Shown: piece by piece, positions 1 to 9,302 of the stretch | How the letters are laid out: each line of letters opens with the position of its first letter | How positions within the stretch are numbered: the stretch's first letter is position 1 | Assembly: GCA_017616775.1 (NCBI GenBank) | Contig: JAFZXM010000018.1 | Coordinates: 2,221-66,220 of the forward strand | Source of the DNA: Bacteroidales bacterium | GTDB taxonomy: Bacteria; Bacteroidota; Bacteroidia; Bacteroidales; WCHB1-69 | Direction of reading: 5' to 3' | Length of the DNA stretch: 64,000 nucleotides | The notes under the pieces: generated by a model | Database searches by the model: none | Told to the model about the DNA's origin: nothing | What the model saw: only the letters and a program-made list of their open reading frames with translations | Translations under genes and position numbers: made by a program

Positions 1-372
1 GGATTTTCCAATATATCCGTTGCCAAATTTTCATGCTGTTTTCTCTTATATTTGTTATCATTTTATTTGCCTTTATATTCAATGTAAAAAATACATTGAA
101 TTTTTCGGCTGCAAAAATATAAACAAATTTTCAATAATCGGTGTCCTATTTCCAAGAAAAATTGGAACGCAAGCTATTTTTTTAATCCTCACACACTTAT
201 TATTGGAATTTGTCCTTATAAAAACAAAAGGGCAATTATTGTTGCCCTCCGCATTCTTTTATAAAAAACATCCTCTGAAAGATGCTTCCTTCAAGGGATG
301 TAAGCAACGCTTTTTTACCTTTTAGCGTTGGTTTTGCTGCGATGATGACTTCGGTTTTTATTGCTTATTTTT

Positions 373-582
373 TCAATTGTTTTTTTCTTGCGAACTTTTC
401 TTTCTTTGCACAAGATAGATCAACAAAATAATAAATGAAGTGACTATTATATCATATATGACAAATAGTATAATGGTATCAACAGCATCATGCAAGAACA
501 GTCTTTCTATAAGTACAGCTATCAAAGATGGTGTCGCCATACAGATCCACAACTTCCAATAGTCTTTCTTTTCTAACTTCAT
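373..582 (-). CDS. hypothetical small membrane protein (69 aa)
   Basis: Only long ORF in an AT-rich stretch. It has two hydrophobic segments (WKLWICMATPSLIAVLI, IVTSFIILLIYLV) and a basic tail. No family or promoter box recognised. Confidence 0.3.
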   Translation of the reverse strand: MKLEKKDYWKLWICMATPSLIAVLIERLFLHDAVDTIILFVIYDIIVTSFIILLIYLVQRKKSSQEKNN

Positions 583-834
583 GATTTATCTGTTTTTCAT
601 ATTAATATAAGGTGACCTCTAATTTTTACTAATTTTCCTTTCATCGCAGTTTTTGACAGCAGATGCTGCATTAGAACTATCCAAACCACAACAAAAGTTT
701 TTTTTTTAACGCAAAGTTAATCAAAATTTCTGTAAGTTACGTTATTTTTTGTTTTTTTTCAAAAAATTTTTCCGCAACGGCACAGGGGAAACACAAAATA
801 TCCGTCCGTCCGCCGAACATATAATTTTTTTGTA

Positions 835-842
835 TAATTTTG
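835..842 (+). promoter_or_regulatory. Bacteroidota -7 promoter box TAATTTTG (TAnnTTTG)
   Basis: Matches the TAnnTTTG consensus 20 nt upstream of the ATG at 862. Confidence 0.5.
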
Positions 843-861
843 CAAATTCATACAGCAGCAC

Positions 862-1302
862 ATGAAACACAGGCATACATTTATTATATATCTGTACGTG
901 ATGACGGTTAGTTTGGCCCTAAACGCATGTTCATCGGCAAGAAACGCTTCTGCCGCCTATACGCCTCCGGCTGCCGCTTCTGCCGCCACCCGGATATTTT
1001 TGCAACAGTTGCAGGCGGACATGCAACAGCAAAAGGTGCGTCCGGCACAATATATTCCTTCACCGGAACTGATGCGGCAATATGCCATTCAAAAAACAGA
1101 GGAAGCATATTATGTACAAGGCTTTCTCACTCTTCAAGAAGGATATGCCGCTTCGGACATCCAAGATGCCTGCTGTAAAATCAATACCGCCATGGGCACT
1201 ATGCTCACCGTCCAAATCAATATATTGCAATTGGACCGTTTTTTACACGATGCCAAAATAAAATATTTTGAAATAGCCACACCCGTTCAACCTAATTTTT
1301 AA
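862..1302 (+). CDS. lipoprotein, stand-alone paralogue of the N-terminal region of the downstream S8 peptidase
   Basis: Lipobox LALNAC|SS after a hydrophobic signal. The C-terminal 80 aa align without gaps to aa 64-145 of the adjacent protease. The stop lies 2 nt before the protease ATG. Confidence 0.7.
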   Translation: MKHRHTFIIYLYVMTVSLALNACSSARNASAAYTPPAAASAATRIFLQQLQADMQQQKVRPAQYIPSPELMRQYAIQKTEEAYYVQGFLTLQEGYAASDIQDACCKINTAMGTMLTVQINILQLDRFLHDAKIKYFEIATPVQPNF

Positions 1303-1304
1303 AC

Positions 1305-4300
1305 ATGATGAAAAGAATTTATTCATTGATAGTGATTTTTGTATTGGGAGCCCGGCTCTACGGTCAAGCTCCGGCGGAAAACAGCCATGCAAGCGATATG
1401 TCCCGCAAAGGGGAAACAGTCCATAACGCCAAGTTGTCGTCACACACCGCGATATTGCTGCGGGAAACGGCGGAAAAAACCTTGGAGGAAATTATCAGCG
1501 ACCGCTCACTTCAAGAAAGGTATCCGTTTTTCAACAAAAACGGTGTTCTTTATACACAGGCATTCATCATGTTGCAAGCCGGCAGGCAAATGCCCGAATG
1601 GGAGGCTTGGGGCGTACAGGTCAACACGCAGACCGGCACCTGTCTCACTGCCGACATACCTGTCAGGCAGATAACTGCATTGGCGGAATGTCCTGACATA
1701 GAATACATCCACGTGGGAGAGCGGGCTAATATACTCATGGACAGTGCCCGCAACAAAACTCATGTAAACGAGGTTTACAACGGATTGTCATTACCGCAGG
1801 CCTATAGGGGCAAGGATGTGGTGGTGGGCATCATAGACATAGGCTTTGACTACACGCATCCTAATTTTTATGATACAGCCGGTCAGGCATTACGCATAAA
1901 AAGAGTATGGGACCAAAACAATTCCGGCACCGCCCCCAACGGTTACAACTATGGCAGGGAGTTCACTACTGACAGTGCCATGCTTGCCGCAAAATACAGT
2001 CACTACAGTGAATCACACGGCAGCCATGTGGCCGGCATTGCCGCCGGAAGCGGCAGCAAAGACACCACTCCCTATAGAGGAGTTGCCCCCATGAGCGACA
2101 TAGTCATGGTTGGTACTAACATGTACACCACAGGCATTTTTGACGGAATATGCTATATCCGCAATTATGCCCAGTCGGTAGGCAAACCCTGTGTTATCAA
2201 TATGAGCATCGGCAGTCATGTGGGTCCGCACGACGGCACCTCTACCTTTGACCGCTATTGCGATGCACTCTTACAAACACCTTCCGCCTATGCGTGCATT
2301 TTGGTCGGCGCCGCCGGCAACGAAGGCGATGACAGTCTGCACCTCTGTGTCAACAGTGCCACCACCGCCTGCACTTTTTTGGATTATGGAAATATCGGCA
2401 GCAGAGGGTCAGGATATATAGATATATGGGGTGATACCAATGCGTCTTACAGCGTGATGTTATGCGTTTACAACAAAAACACCTCTTCCATTGTGGATTC
2501 CACATTATGGATAAGCCCTGGCAATACAAGTGCCAGCTGGAGATATGCACTCTATGACAACGATGCCACAAACAGGGATTCCGCTGTCATCACCATCAGC
2601 AGCGAAATAGACGCCTATAATCACAAGCCGCATGTGGAAATGTATGTAAACAACAGCAAACAGGACGACAGCATACAATTGCTCATGCTGAAAATTATCT
2701 CCAACAATTCGGCAAAAATACACGCATGGACCAATAGAGGAATGTTTACAAACAAAGGACTCGGGACACCTTTTGTTGCCGGCAACACCGACTATACCAC
2801 CGGAGAAATAGGCGGCAGCGGCAACAGCATACTGACAGTGGGAGCCTATACATCCAAACGCAATTGGGTGACCATCAACAACAAAAGCTATTATTATCCG
2901 AATGCCACGGTGAACGATATAGCCACATTTTCCAGCCACGGTCCCTCTGCCGACGGCAGGCACAAACCTGATGTCACCGCACCCGGACAAACATTGGTGT
3001 CGTCGGTCAATCACTTCCATAGTTCCTACCAGTCATCTTCATCGTATGTGGTAAAAGCCGTCAGCAACAATACCACCACATGGTATTATGCCACCATGCA
3101 GGGCACTTCCATGGCCACTCCCGCCACCACCGGCATCATCGCATTGTGGCTGGAAGCCTATCCGTATTTGACATTGGACCAGATAAAAATCATATTGCAG
3201 CATACAGCCGTCAGGGACAGCTATTACACCAATGCCGACACATGGGGAGTCGGCAAGATAGATGCTTATGCTGGATTGAACTATATTCTCAGTCAAACCT
3301 CCAAGCCGATGATTACCGCCTCCGATACCGTGCGTTGCGCAGGCGACACCATCACCTTGTCCACACGCACAGGATTTGCTTCCTATCAGTGGTCCACAGG
3401 AGATACTACATCTTATATTTCTGTAACAAATACGGGATTGTATGCGGTGAGAGTCGTTACAAGCGATGGTTTCATCAGTCAGTGGAGTGACACCATCGCC
3501 GTTTATTTTACCTCTGCACCTCTAACTCCTACCATTGCAAGACAAGATTCCACACTTACCTCCAGTGCCAATAATGGCAATCAGTGGTATTATAACAACA
3601 ATCCTATCAACGGAGCGACCGGCAAAACCTATACGGCTACCCAACCCGGCACCTACGGAGTGGTGGTCACCAACAACACAGGTTGTTCGTCCGCTATGGC
3701 AAGCATAGTAGTGGATTCGTCCGTGTTTGCGCCGCAAAAGCCGTCTATTACGCCCATAGGGGATGTTTATACATGTCAAGGCAACACCGTAACTTTAACG
3801 GCTCCGTCGGGATACAACTGCTATTTGTGGTCAACGGGACAAACCACCCGTCAAATCACCGTCAGCGACACCGGAGACTATTCCGTGAAAGTCGCCGACA
3901 AAGCCGGCTATTACAGTCCGTGGAGCGATACCGCCCGCGTGCATTTTTATGCAGCACCGCCTACACCTGTTATCACTGCCGATAAAAACATACTCACCTC
4001 CAATGTCAGCACCGGCAACCAATGGTATTACAATTCCCAGCCCATCAGCGGCGCCACCTCGCAAACCTATACTGCCACCGCTCCCGGCTTATATGGTGTA
4101 ATGGTCACCAATAGTCACGGCTGTGTGTCCGCTATGGCTGAAATCACGCTTGACAGCAGTGCCTTTGTTCCGGACAAGCCTAATGTCAGTCCTAACGGAG
4201 ACTTGTATGTTTGCCCCGGCGATTTCGTTACATTAACAGCCCCGGCAGGATATGATGCTTATGTATGGTCATCCGGACAGACAACGCCTTCTATTACCGT

Positions 4301-4865
4301 CAGCGATACAGGGGCCTATCAGGTAAAAGTGATGCGTGCGGGCTATTATAGTCCTTGGAGCGATGCCGTACAGGTTTACCATTATGCAAAACCGGAAAAG
4401 CCGGTAATTTCCGCCGATAAAACTGTTTTGTCCTCCAACTATGCCGACGGAAATCAATGGTACTTTGAACATGCGATAATAGCTGGTGCCACCGAACAGA
4501 CCTATACCGCCAATCGTACAGGTTGGTATGAATTGTTGGTTACCAATCAGCAAGGATGCACCTCCGATAGTGCGGAAATATTTGTAGATGTAACTATCGG
4601 TATTGACGAAACATCGCTTGCCGGCTGCATCAAAATTTACCCCAACCCTGCACAAAATATGATACATATAGAAGGCGAAGCCATACAGCCCGATACCCGC
4701 ATACAATTGTATGACATTGTCGGCAGACTTGTCAACACGACGGAAATATACCGTCAAGACCATCATGTCAGCATTTGCCCCGACAAGCTGTCAAACGGTA
4801 TGTATATATTGAAAATATCCGCTTCAGACAGGAATTATACCTATAGAATTACCATTGCTCAATAG
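1305..4865 (+). CDS. S8 family (subtilisin-like) serine peptidase, T9SS cargo, 1186 aa
   Basis: Catalytic motifs occur in D-H-S order: VVVGIIDIGFD, HGSHVAGIAAG, GTSMATPATTGIIALW. It has an N-terminal signal peptide, three tandem 145-aa repeats and a C-terminal YPNP-type sorting domain. Confidence 0.93.
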   Translation: MMKRIYSLIVIFVLGARLYGQAPAENSHASDMSRKGETVHNAKLSSHTAILLRETAEKTLEEIISDRSLQERYPFFNKNGVLYTQAFIMLQAGRQMPEWEAWGVQVNTQTGTCLTADIPVRQITALAECPDIEYIHVGERANILMDSARNKTHVNEVYNGLSLPQAYRGKDVVVGIIDIGFDYTHPNFYDTAGQALRIKRVWDQNNSGTAPNGYNYGREFTTDSAMLAAKYSHYSESHGSHVAGIAAGSGSKDTTPYRGVAPMSDIVMVGTNMYTTGIFDGICYIRNYAQSVGKPCVINMSIGSHVGPHDGTSTFDRYCDALLQTPSAYACILVGAAGNEGDDSLHLCVNSATTACTFLDYGNIGSRGSGYIDIWGDTNASYSVMLCVYNKNTSSIVDSTLWISPGNTSASWRYALYDNDATNRDSAVITISSEIDAYNHKPHVEMYVNNSKQDDSIQLLMLKIISNNSAKIHAWTNRGMFTNKGLGTPFVAGNTDYTTGEIGGSGNSILTVGAYTSKRNWVTINNKSYYYPNATVNDIATFSSHGPSADGRHKPDVTAPGQTLVSSVNHFHSSYQSSSSYVVKAVSNNTTTWYYATMQGTSMATPATTGIIALWLEAYPYLTLDQIKIILQHTAVRDSYYTNADTWGVGKIDAYAGLNYILSQTSKPMITASDTVRCAGDTITLSTRTGFASYQWSTGDTTSYISVTNTGLYAVRVVTSDGFISQWSDTIAVYFTSAPLTPTIARQDSTLTSSANNGNQWYYNNNPINGATGKTYTATQPGTYGVVVTNNTGCSSAMASIVVDSSVFAPQKPSITPIGDVYTCQGNTVTLTAPSGYNCYLWSTGQTTRQITVSDTGDYSVKVADKAGYYSPWSDTARVHFYAAPPTPVITADKNILTSNVSTGNQWYYNSQPISGATSQTYTATAPGLYGVMVTNSHGCVSAMAEITLDSSAFVPDKPNVSPNGDLYVCPGDFVTLTAPAGYDAYVWSSGQTTPSITVSDTGAYQVKVMRAGYYSPWSDAVQVYHYAKPEKPVISADKTVLSSNYADGNQWYFEHAIIAGATEQTYTANRTGWYELLVTNQQGCTSDSAEIFVDVTIGIDETSLAGCIKIYPNPAQNMIHIEGEAIQPDTRIQLYDIVGRLVNTTEIYRQDHHVSICPDKLSNGMYILKISASDRNYTYRITIAQ
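3303..4600 (+). repeat. three tandem ~435-nt (145-aa) coding repeats inside the S8 peptidase
   Basis: Units start at 3303, 3738 and 4176 (each begins KP..). Shared signature: C.GD.VTLTAP.GY..Y.WS.GQTT..ITV...G.Y.VKV...GYYSPWSD ... GNQWY......GAT.QTYTA...G.Y...VTN..GC.S. Confidence 0.85.
4623..4862 (+). other. canonical C-terminal T9SS sorting domain (CTD) of the S8 peptidase
   Basis: IKIYPNPAQNMIHIEG...IQLYDIVGRLV...LSNGMYILKI...YRITIAQ at the extreme C-terminus. Confidence 0.8.
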
Positions 4866-4884
4866 AACAGAAACATATAAACAA

Positions 4885-4926
4885 TAAAAAAACAGCATAT
4901 GACATTTTTTTGTCATATGCTGTTTT
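4885..4926. terminator. bidirectional rho-independent terminator
   Basis: Perfect 14-bp stem aacagcatatgaca (4891-4904) / tgtcatatgctgtt (4911-4924) with a T6 loop. An A-run lies upstream and a T-run downstream. It sits between convergent genes. Confidence 0.8.
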
Positions 4927-4946
4927 CATTTCAGGCGACGCCTCTG

Positions 4947-5531
4947 TTAATAATTTTCGGCCAACACTTGAAAATACGATTGAGGGTGATTGCATACAGG
5001 GCACTCTTCCGGTGCATTTTTTCCCACTACTATATGCCCGCAGTTGGAGCATTGCCATATACAATCCCCATCTTTTGAAAACACCGTTTTATCGTTGATA
5101 TTTTTCAGCAACTTTCTATAGCGTTCTTCATGATGTTTTTCTATGGCAGCCACCATTTCAAATTTTTCCGCTATTTCCGTAAAACCTTCTTCACGGGCTT
5201 CGCGTGCCATGCGTGCATACATGTCTGTCCATTCCAAATTTTCGCCATCGGCAGCATCCGTCAAATTATCAACAGTTGAGCCTACAGCACCTCCGTGCAG
5301 GTATTTATACCATATTTTGGCATGTTCTTTCTCGTTTAACGCAGTTTCTTCAAACAAAGCCGCTATTTGTACATAGCCGTCTTTTTTGGCTTTGGAGGCA
5401 AAATAAGTATATTTATTGCGCGCCATTGATTCACCGGCAAAGGCCTCTTCCAAATTTTTCTCTGTTTTGGTGCCTTTCAAAGATTTTTCTGCATTGGCAC
5501 TTCCCGACACATTTTTGATATTCTTGTCCAT
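4947..5531 (-). CDS. rbr: rubrerythrin
   Basis: N-terminal ferritin-like diiron domain ([44 protein letters not shown]) plus a C-terminal rubredoxin-like CSNCG...CPVC. Confidence 0.93.
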   Translation of the reverse strand: MDKNIKNVSGSANAEKSLKGTKTEKNLEEAFAGESMARNKYTYFASKAKKDGYVQIAALFEETALNEKEHAKIWYKYLHGGAVGSTVDNLTDAADGENLEWTDMYARMAREAREEGFTEIAEKFEMVAAIEKHHEERYRKLLKNINDKTVFSKDGDCIWQCSNCGHIVVGKNAPEECPVCNHPQSYFQVLAENY

Positions 5532-5556
5532 AATGATTATTTTTTAATTTACCATG

Positions 5557-5564
5557 CAAATATA
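5557..5564 (-). promoter_or_regulatory. -7 box TATATTTG (minus strand)
   Basis: Plus-strand CAAATATA lies 26 nt upstream of the rbr start. Confidence 0.5.
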
Positions 5565-5765
5565 GCATTTATTTTTGATATTTCAAATAATATGTCCTTT
5601 TCCGCTATATTCTGCAACACTGCCGAAAAAAGTCTTTTGCTGTTTTACCGGTTGATTTCCACACTTTTTTTTTGCCTAAAAGCAAACAGCAAAAAGAAAA
5701 ACGGAGAAAGCAGACAGTTTTCGACGCTAACGGTGCCGGGGATTGACATCAAGGCTATCTTCCGC

Positions 5766-6494
5766 TCAACGAACAGGTACCTCCTCTACTATCTGATTCA
5801 TCATGGCGCTCCAATTTTCGGTGAGGGTAGGCACTTGCAAAGCTTTTTGCAACAAAGGGAAGAAGTCTTCCCTTGAGACAGCAGTGCCGCCCCATTTCAG
5901 AAAATGGGGTGTTTCCTGTTGGCAATCTATAAAATCCAGATTCAGCTTTTTCACCGCTTGCACCAGATAGTAAAAAGCTATTTTTGACATATCGTTCTTA
6001 AAATGGAACATGGATTCCCCCACAAACATATTGCCCAAACACAAGCCGTACAGACCGCCTGCCAGTTCATTATGTTGATACACTTCCACGCTGTGGGCAT
6101 AACACAAGCGGTGTAAACGGGTATATGCAGATATGATTTCGGGGGTAATCCATCCGCCGCTGCGATTCATGGTTTGACAAGCGGTGATGACAGCCTTAAA
6201 ATCGGTGTCTGCCTTTACTTCATAATCATGTTTGCGTATTCGCTGCAACCAGCTTTTAGAAAATTTTACTTTATCGGGAAACATCAGCAATCGTGTAGGG
6301 AACGACCACCATGCCAACACAGAATGATTGTCCTCGTATAAATAAGGCATAGGAAACACACCCTGGCTATAGGCTGTCAAAATACGTGATACAGTTAAAT
6401 CGCCACCTATGGCAATAAGCCCGTCGGGCTCAATTTCCATTTTAGTGATATCGGGAAATACGGTTGACGGCGTTCCCTCTATATCGTATATCAT
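5766..6494 (-). CDS. aat: leucyl/phenylalanyl-tRNA--protein transferase
   Basis: Family motifs IAIGGDL, GVFPM, AWWSFPTR, AHSVEVY, GGLYGLCLGNMFVGESMF and IDCQ are present. Confidence 0.85.
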   Translation of the reverse strand: MIYDIEGTPSTVFPDITKMEIEPDGLIAIGGDLTVSRILTAYSQGVFPMPYLYEDNHSVLAWWSFPTRLLMFPDKVKFSKSWLQRIRKHDYEVKADTDFKAVITACQTMNRSGGWITPEIISAYTRLHRLCYAHSVEVYQHNELAGGLYGLCLGNMFVGESMFHFKNDMSKIAFYYLVQAVKKLNLDFIDCQQETPHFLKWGGTAVSREDFFPLLQKALQVPTLTENWSAMMNQIVEEVPVR

Positions 6495-6497
6495 GTA

Positions 6498-7556
6498 TTA
6501 TTTAATATTCAATATCTCTTTTACTTTGTCTTCCAGCTCTTGTCCTCTGAGGCCGCGGGCGACGATATTGCCTTTTTCATCTATTATCACCGTATGCGGT
6601 ATGCTTTTTACTCCGTAATCTTTAGCGGCTTCGGAATCCCAATATTTCAAATCGCTCACATGATGCCATGCAAGCCCGTCTGATTTGATGGCGGATGTCC
6701 ACTGGGAGTGCGTTCTGTCTAACGACACCCCCAATATTTCCAATCCATAGCGATGATAGGTGTTGTATATGCGCACCATGTTAGGATTTTCCCTGCGGCA
6801 GGGACCGCACCATGAAGCCCAAAAATCCACTATAACCACATGACCTTTTAAGGATGATAATCTGAAAATTTTTCCGTTAGTATCAGCCAAAGCTATCTCC
6901 GGTGCGGGCTGTCCGATAGCAGCCTGTTTTACGGTACGCCAATGTGCATATTTGGCTTTTACATATGCATTGTGAGGATATGTTTTTATCAAACCTTCCA
7001 TCAATGTATCTATCAAGGCCGTATTGGTTTCGGGATTCAGATAATCCACCAATACGCCTGTGGCATAATTACCGATATTCTCCATACACAGGCGTTGACG
7101 CTGTACCATTAAATTCACCTCTATGTTTTCAGCACTTTGGGATTGGTCTCCTTTATTCAATGCCTGCATTTGCCGCTCCGCTTGCACCGACAACATTTGA
7201 TATTGCCTCAACAAGTCGTTTTCGGGAGAATCCGCCGCTTGGGAAATCACCCCTGTTTTGGCATCGAAATTCAAAGTAACGGTTTGATCGGGGGACAACA
7301 CCACCAGCACATTTTTACCTGTGGATACCGACAAATAATAAAATCCCGTCTCCTGAGGATTATACGTAAATTGATAGGCACCTTTTTTGCTAAAATGCAC
7401 TACTTCCATTACTCCGTTTTGTTGCATAAAGGGATTGACAAGCGCCACACTGTCGTCAGCCGTAACATTTTCAGCCACTCCTTTGATGGATATATGCGCA
7501 TGTACTGAAATCTGTATCAATAATATAACGGCCAATATTAAACCTGTTCTTTTCAT
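6498..7556 (-). CDS. TlpA/AhpC-TSA family thiol-disulfide oxidoreductase, secreted
   Basis: Signal peptide. C-terminal thioredoxin fold with VVIVDFWASWCGPCRRENP (CxxC). Confidence 0.85.
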   Translation of the reverse strand: MKRTGLILAVILLIQISVHAHISIKGVAENVTADDSVALVNPFMQQNGVMEVVHFSKKGAYQFTYNPQETGFYYLSVSTGKNVLVVLSPDQTVTLNFDAKTGVISQAADSPENDLLRQYQMLSVQAERQMQALNKGDQSQSAENIEVNLMVQRQRLCMENIGNYATGVLVDYLNPETNTALIDTLMEGLIKTYPHNAYVKAKYAHWRTVKQAAIGQPAPEIALADTNGKIFRLSSLKGHVVIVDFWASWCGPCRRENPNMVRIYNTYHRYGLEILGVSLDRTHSQWTSAIKSDGLAWHHVSDLKYWDSEAAKDYGVKSIPHTVIIDEKGNIVARGLRGQELEDKVKEILNIK

Positions 7557-7593
7557 ATTCCTTGTCTGTTTTGTATTACTAATTCTTATTTTG

Positions 7594-7601
7594 CAAATAT
7601 A
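7594..7601 (-). promoter_or_regulatory. -7 box TATATTTG (minus strand)
   Basis: Plus-strand CAAATATA lies 38 nt upstream of the start at 7556. Confidence 0.45.
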
Positions 7602-7648
7602 CTACTTTTATTATTAATCAAATAATGAGCCAAATTTATCCTTTGGGA

Positions 7649-8803
7649 TTATTTTATAGACATAAAATCATGCATATTGATATTCAACACGGCGTCCAGT
7701 TCCTGCAGATGTGCAGCATCGGTGCGTGTAAAGGCGGTGGCTGCCACCCCCACATCTGCTTCCACCTTACGCAATTCCAACACGTGCATCAAGCTGTTTG
7801 TAAACTTTTCACTGTCAAAAACACTGCCGGCAGGAACATCCGCCGGACGCTCCAAAACCATAAAACTATACACATCGTTTTCTTTACCTTTCCACATTTG
7901 TTCTTTGGTAATGTGCATATTGTTCAAATAAGCCCACACGGGATGTATGCCGCTGATATGCGTCTGCAATTCGTTGAGACAAAATCCTGCAAAACGCAAA
8001 GGATTAATCTCTATGGGTATGGCCCTTGTTCCATCATACCGGAATTCTATATGCATAGGAAAATTTTTCAACTGCAATACACGATTGGTCTCTGCCAAAA
8101 AACCGACAAACACTTTTTCGTATGTATTATACAAGGCCAAAGAAGAACAATACAGATGGTCGCTGGTATCTGTTTCGGAAGCAAAACGATGATGGAATAT
8201 ATTGAGTATCACAGGAGCGCCCTGCTCATCAAAATAGGCATCTACAGCATATTCTTCACCCCGTATATATTGCTCTATCAAAAATTTATGCGTGTTTACC
8301 ACAAACTCGGGAAACTGTTTGCTCTCATTTTCAAAATTTTGCCGTATATCTTCAACTATTGCCTTCCATTCCCGCTCATTGTTCACCACATGAACGCCTG
8401 CACTTAAAAAACCTACCGAAGGCTTGATGACCAAAGGAAATGTCAGCTTTGACGCATTGATGCCGGACAGCGCTTCCGTTTGGACTTCACAAAAGAAAAA
8501 ATCGGGATACAGGCTGCTGCATATCTGACGGAATGTGGCCTTGTTTTTCAAAAGTTCTATCTTTTGCAATAAGGTTTTGTCCGGCAAATGAGCCGCTATC
8601 CAACCTAACGCATTTTCCGACATGGTATATATTCTGCCTCTTTTAAAATATTCGGCAATGAATGCCTGTTCATTGTAAATTTGAAGAGGATATCCCTGCC
8701 GACACAAATGCTCCGACATTTCATTGTCCAGCACGGGTATATGCTGTTCCACGGCTAATTGTATGAATTTATCCGAAACGTATGGCTGCTCTAAAATTAT
8801 CAT
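7649..8803 (-). CDS. ATP-grasp domain protein
   Basis: Central ATP-grasp signature: FPLVIKPSVGFLSAGVHVV, LIEQYIRGEEYAVDAYF, FPMHIEFR...IEINPLRF. Confidence 0.7.
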   Translation of the reverse strand: MIILEQPYVSDKFIQLAVEQHIPVLDNEMSEHLCRQGYPLQIYNEQAFIAEYFKRGRIYTMSENALGWIAAHLPDKTLLQKIELLKNKATFRQICSSLYPDFFFCEVQTEALSGINASKLTFPLVIKPSVGFLSAGVHVVNNEREWKAIVEDIRQNFENESKQFPEFVVNTHKFLIEQYIRGEEYAVDAYFDEQGAPVILNIFHHRFASETDTSDHLYCSSLALYNTYEKVFVGFLAETNRVLQLKNFPMHIEFRYDGTRAIPIEINPLRFAGFCLNELQTHISGIHPVWAYLNNMHITKEQMWKGKENDVYSFMVLERPADVPAGSVFDSEKFTNSLMHVLELRKVEADVGVAATAFTRTDAAHLQELDAVLNINMHDFMSIK

Positions 8804-8931
8804 TATAAAATATTTATATATTATCTTACTATATCATTACTTATGTGCGAAAATAATATTTTTTTTGCCTTAGTATTGATATCCGTCCACATAGTTTTTC
8901 ACAATGGAATGTTATATATTAAAAAAAATGA

Positions 8932-8939
8932 TACTTTTG
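8932..8939 (+). promoter_or_regulatory. -7 box TACTTTTG
   Basis: The box lies inside the ORF-track ORF 8904..9284, which forces the downstream ATG at 8961 as the start. Confidence 0.5.
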
Positions 8940-8960
8940 TACTTAACAAAATCAAAACAT

Positions 8961-9284
8961 ATGGAAGACTTTTTTCAACATCAGGAAGGCAGCATCACCA
9001 TTTGTGATAAAGAAGGTAAAATTGTATATATGAATGAGAAGTCCATTGCCACTTTTGGCAATTTGCTCCATCAAAACATCTTTGCATGCCACCCTCCCCA
9101 CGCGCAAGAAAAAATCCGTTTGCTTCTCACAGAAGGAATTCCCAACACATACACCATAGAGAAAAAAGGGCTGAAAAAGCTCATCTATCAAACGCCATGG
9201 CGTAACAGTCAAGGTGAAATCATGGGGTTGATAGAATATTCCTTTGTCATTCCTTTTGACATGCCACACTATGTACGACAATAA
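8961..9284 (+). CDS. single PAS-domain protein (107 aa)
   Basis: PAS-like N-terminus EGSITICDKEGKIVYMNEKSIATFG. Start moved to 8961 because of the -7 box at 8932. Lies 18 nt upstream of the peroxidase gene. Confidence 0.55.
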   Translation: MEDFFQHQEGSITICDKEGKIVYMNEKSIATFGNLLHQNIFACHPPHAQEKIRLLLTEGIPNTYTIEKKGLKKLIYQTPWRNSQGEIMGLIEYSFVIPFDMPHYVRQ

Positions 9285-9302
9285 TCTTTAAAACACCCTG
9301 CT

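Noticed and set aside
20-325. A 101-aa ORF lies at the window start.
   Set aside because: The translation (Phe/Ile/Lys/Leu-rich) is typical of AT-rich non-coding DNA. It starts at a non-ATG codon and has no motif or promoter box.
2505-3020. Long antisense ORFs lie opposite real genes. Examples: 2505..3020(-), 7625..8407(+), 11123..11701(+), 12949..13515(+), 15978..16595(+), 19792..20289(+), 34823..35341(-), 42572..43075(-), 50031..50870(+), 50871..51659(+), 52759..53292(-), 54565..55146(+), 61044..61508(+), 61920..62570(+).
   Set aside because: Each lies fully inside a gene with strong family motifs on the other strand. Their translations are low-complexity (His/Arg/Cys/Gly-rich) with no recognisable motifs. 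The recurring ones in 54-62 kb simply mirror the sense-strand domain repeats.
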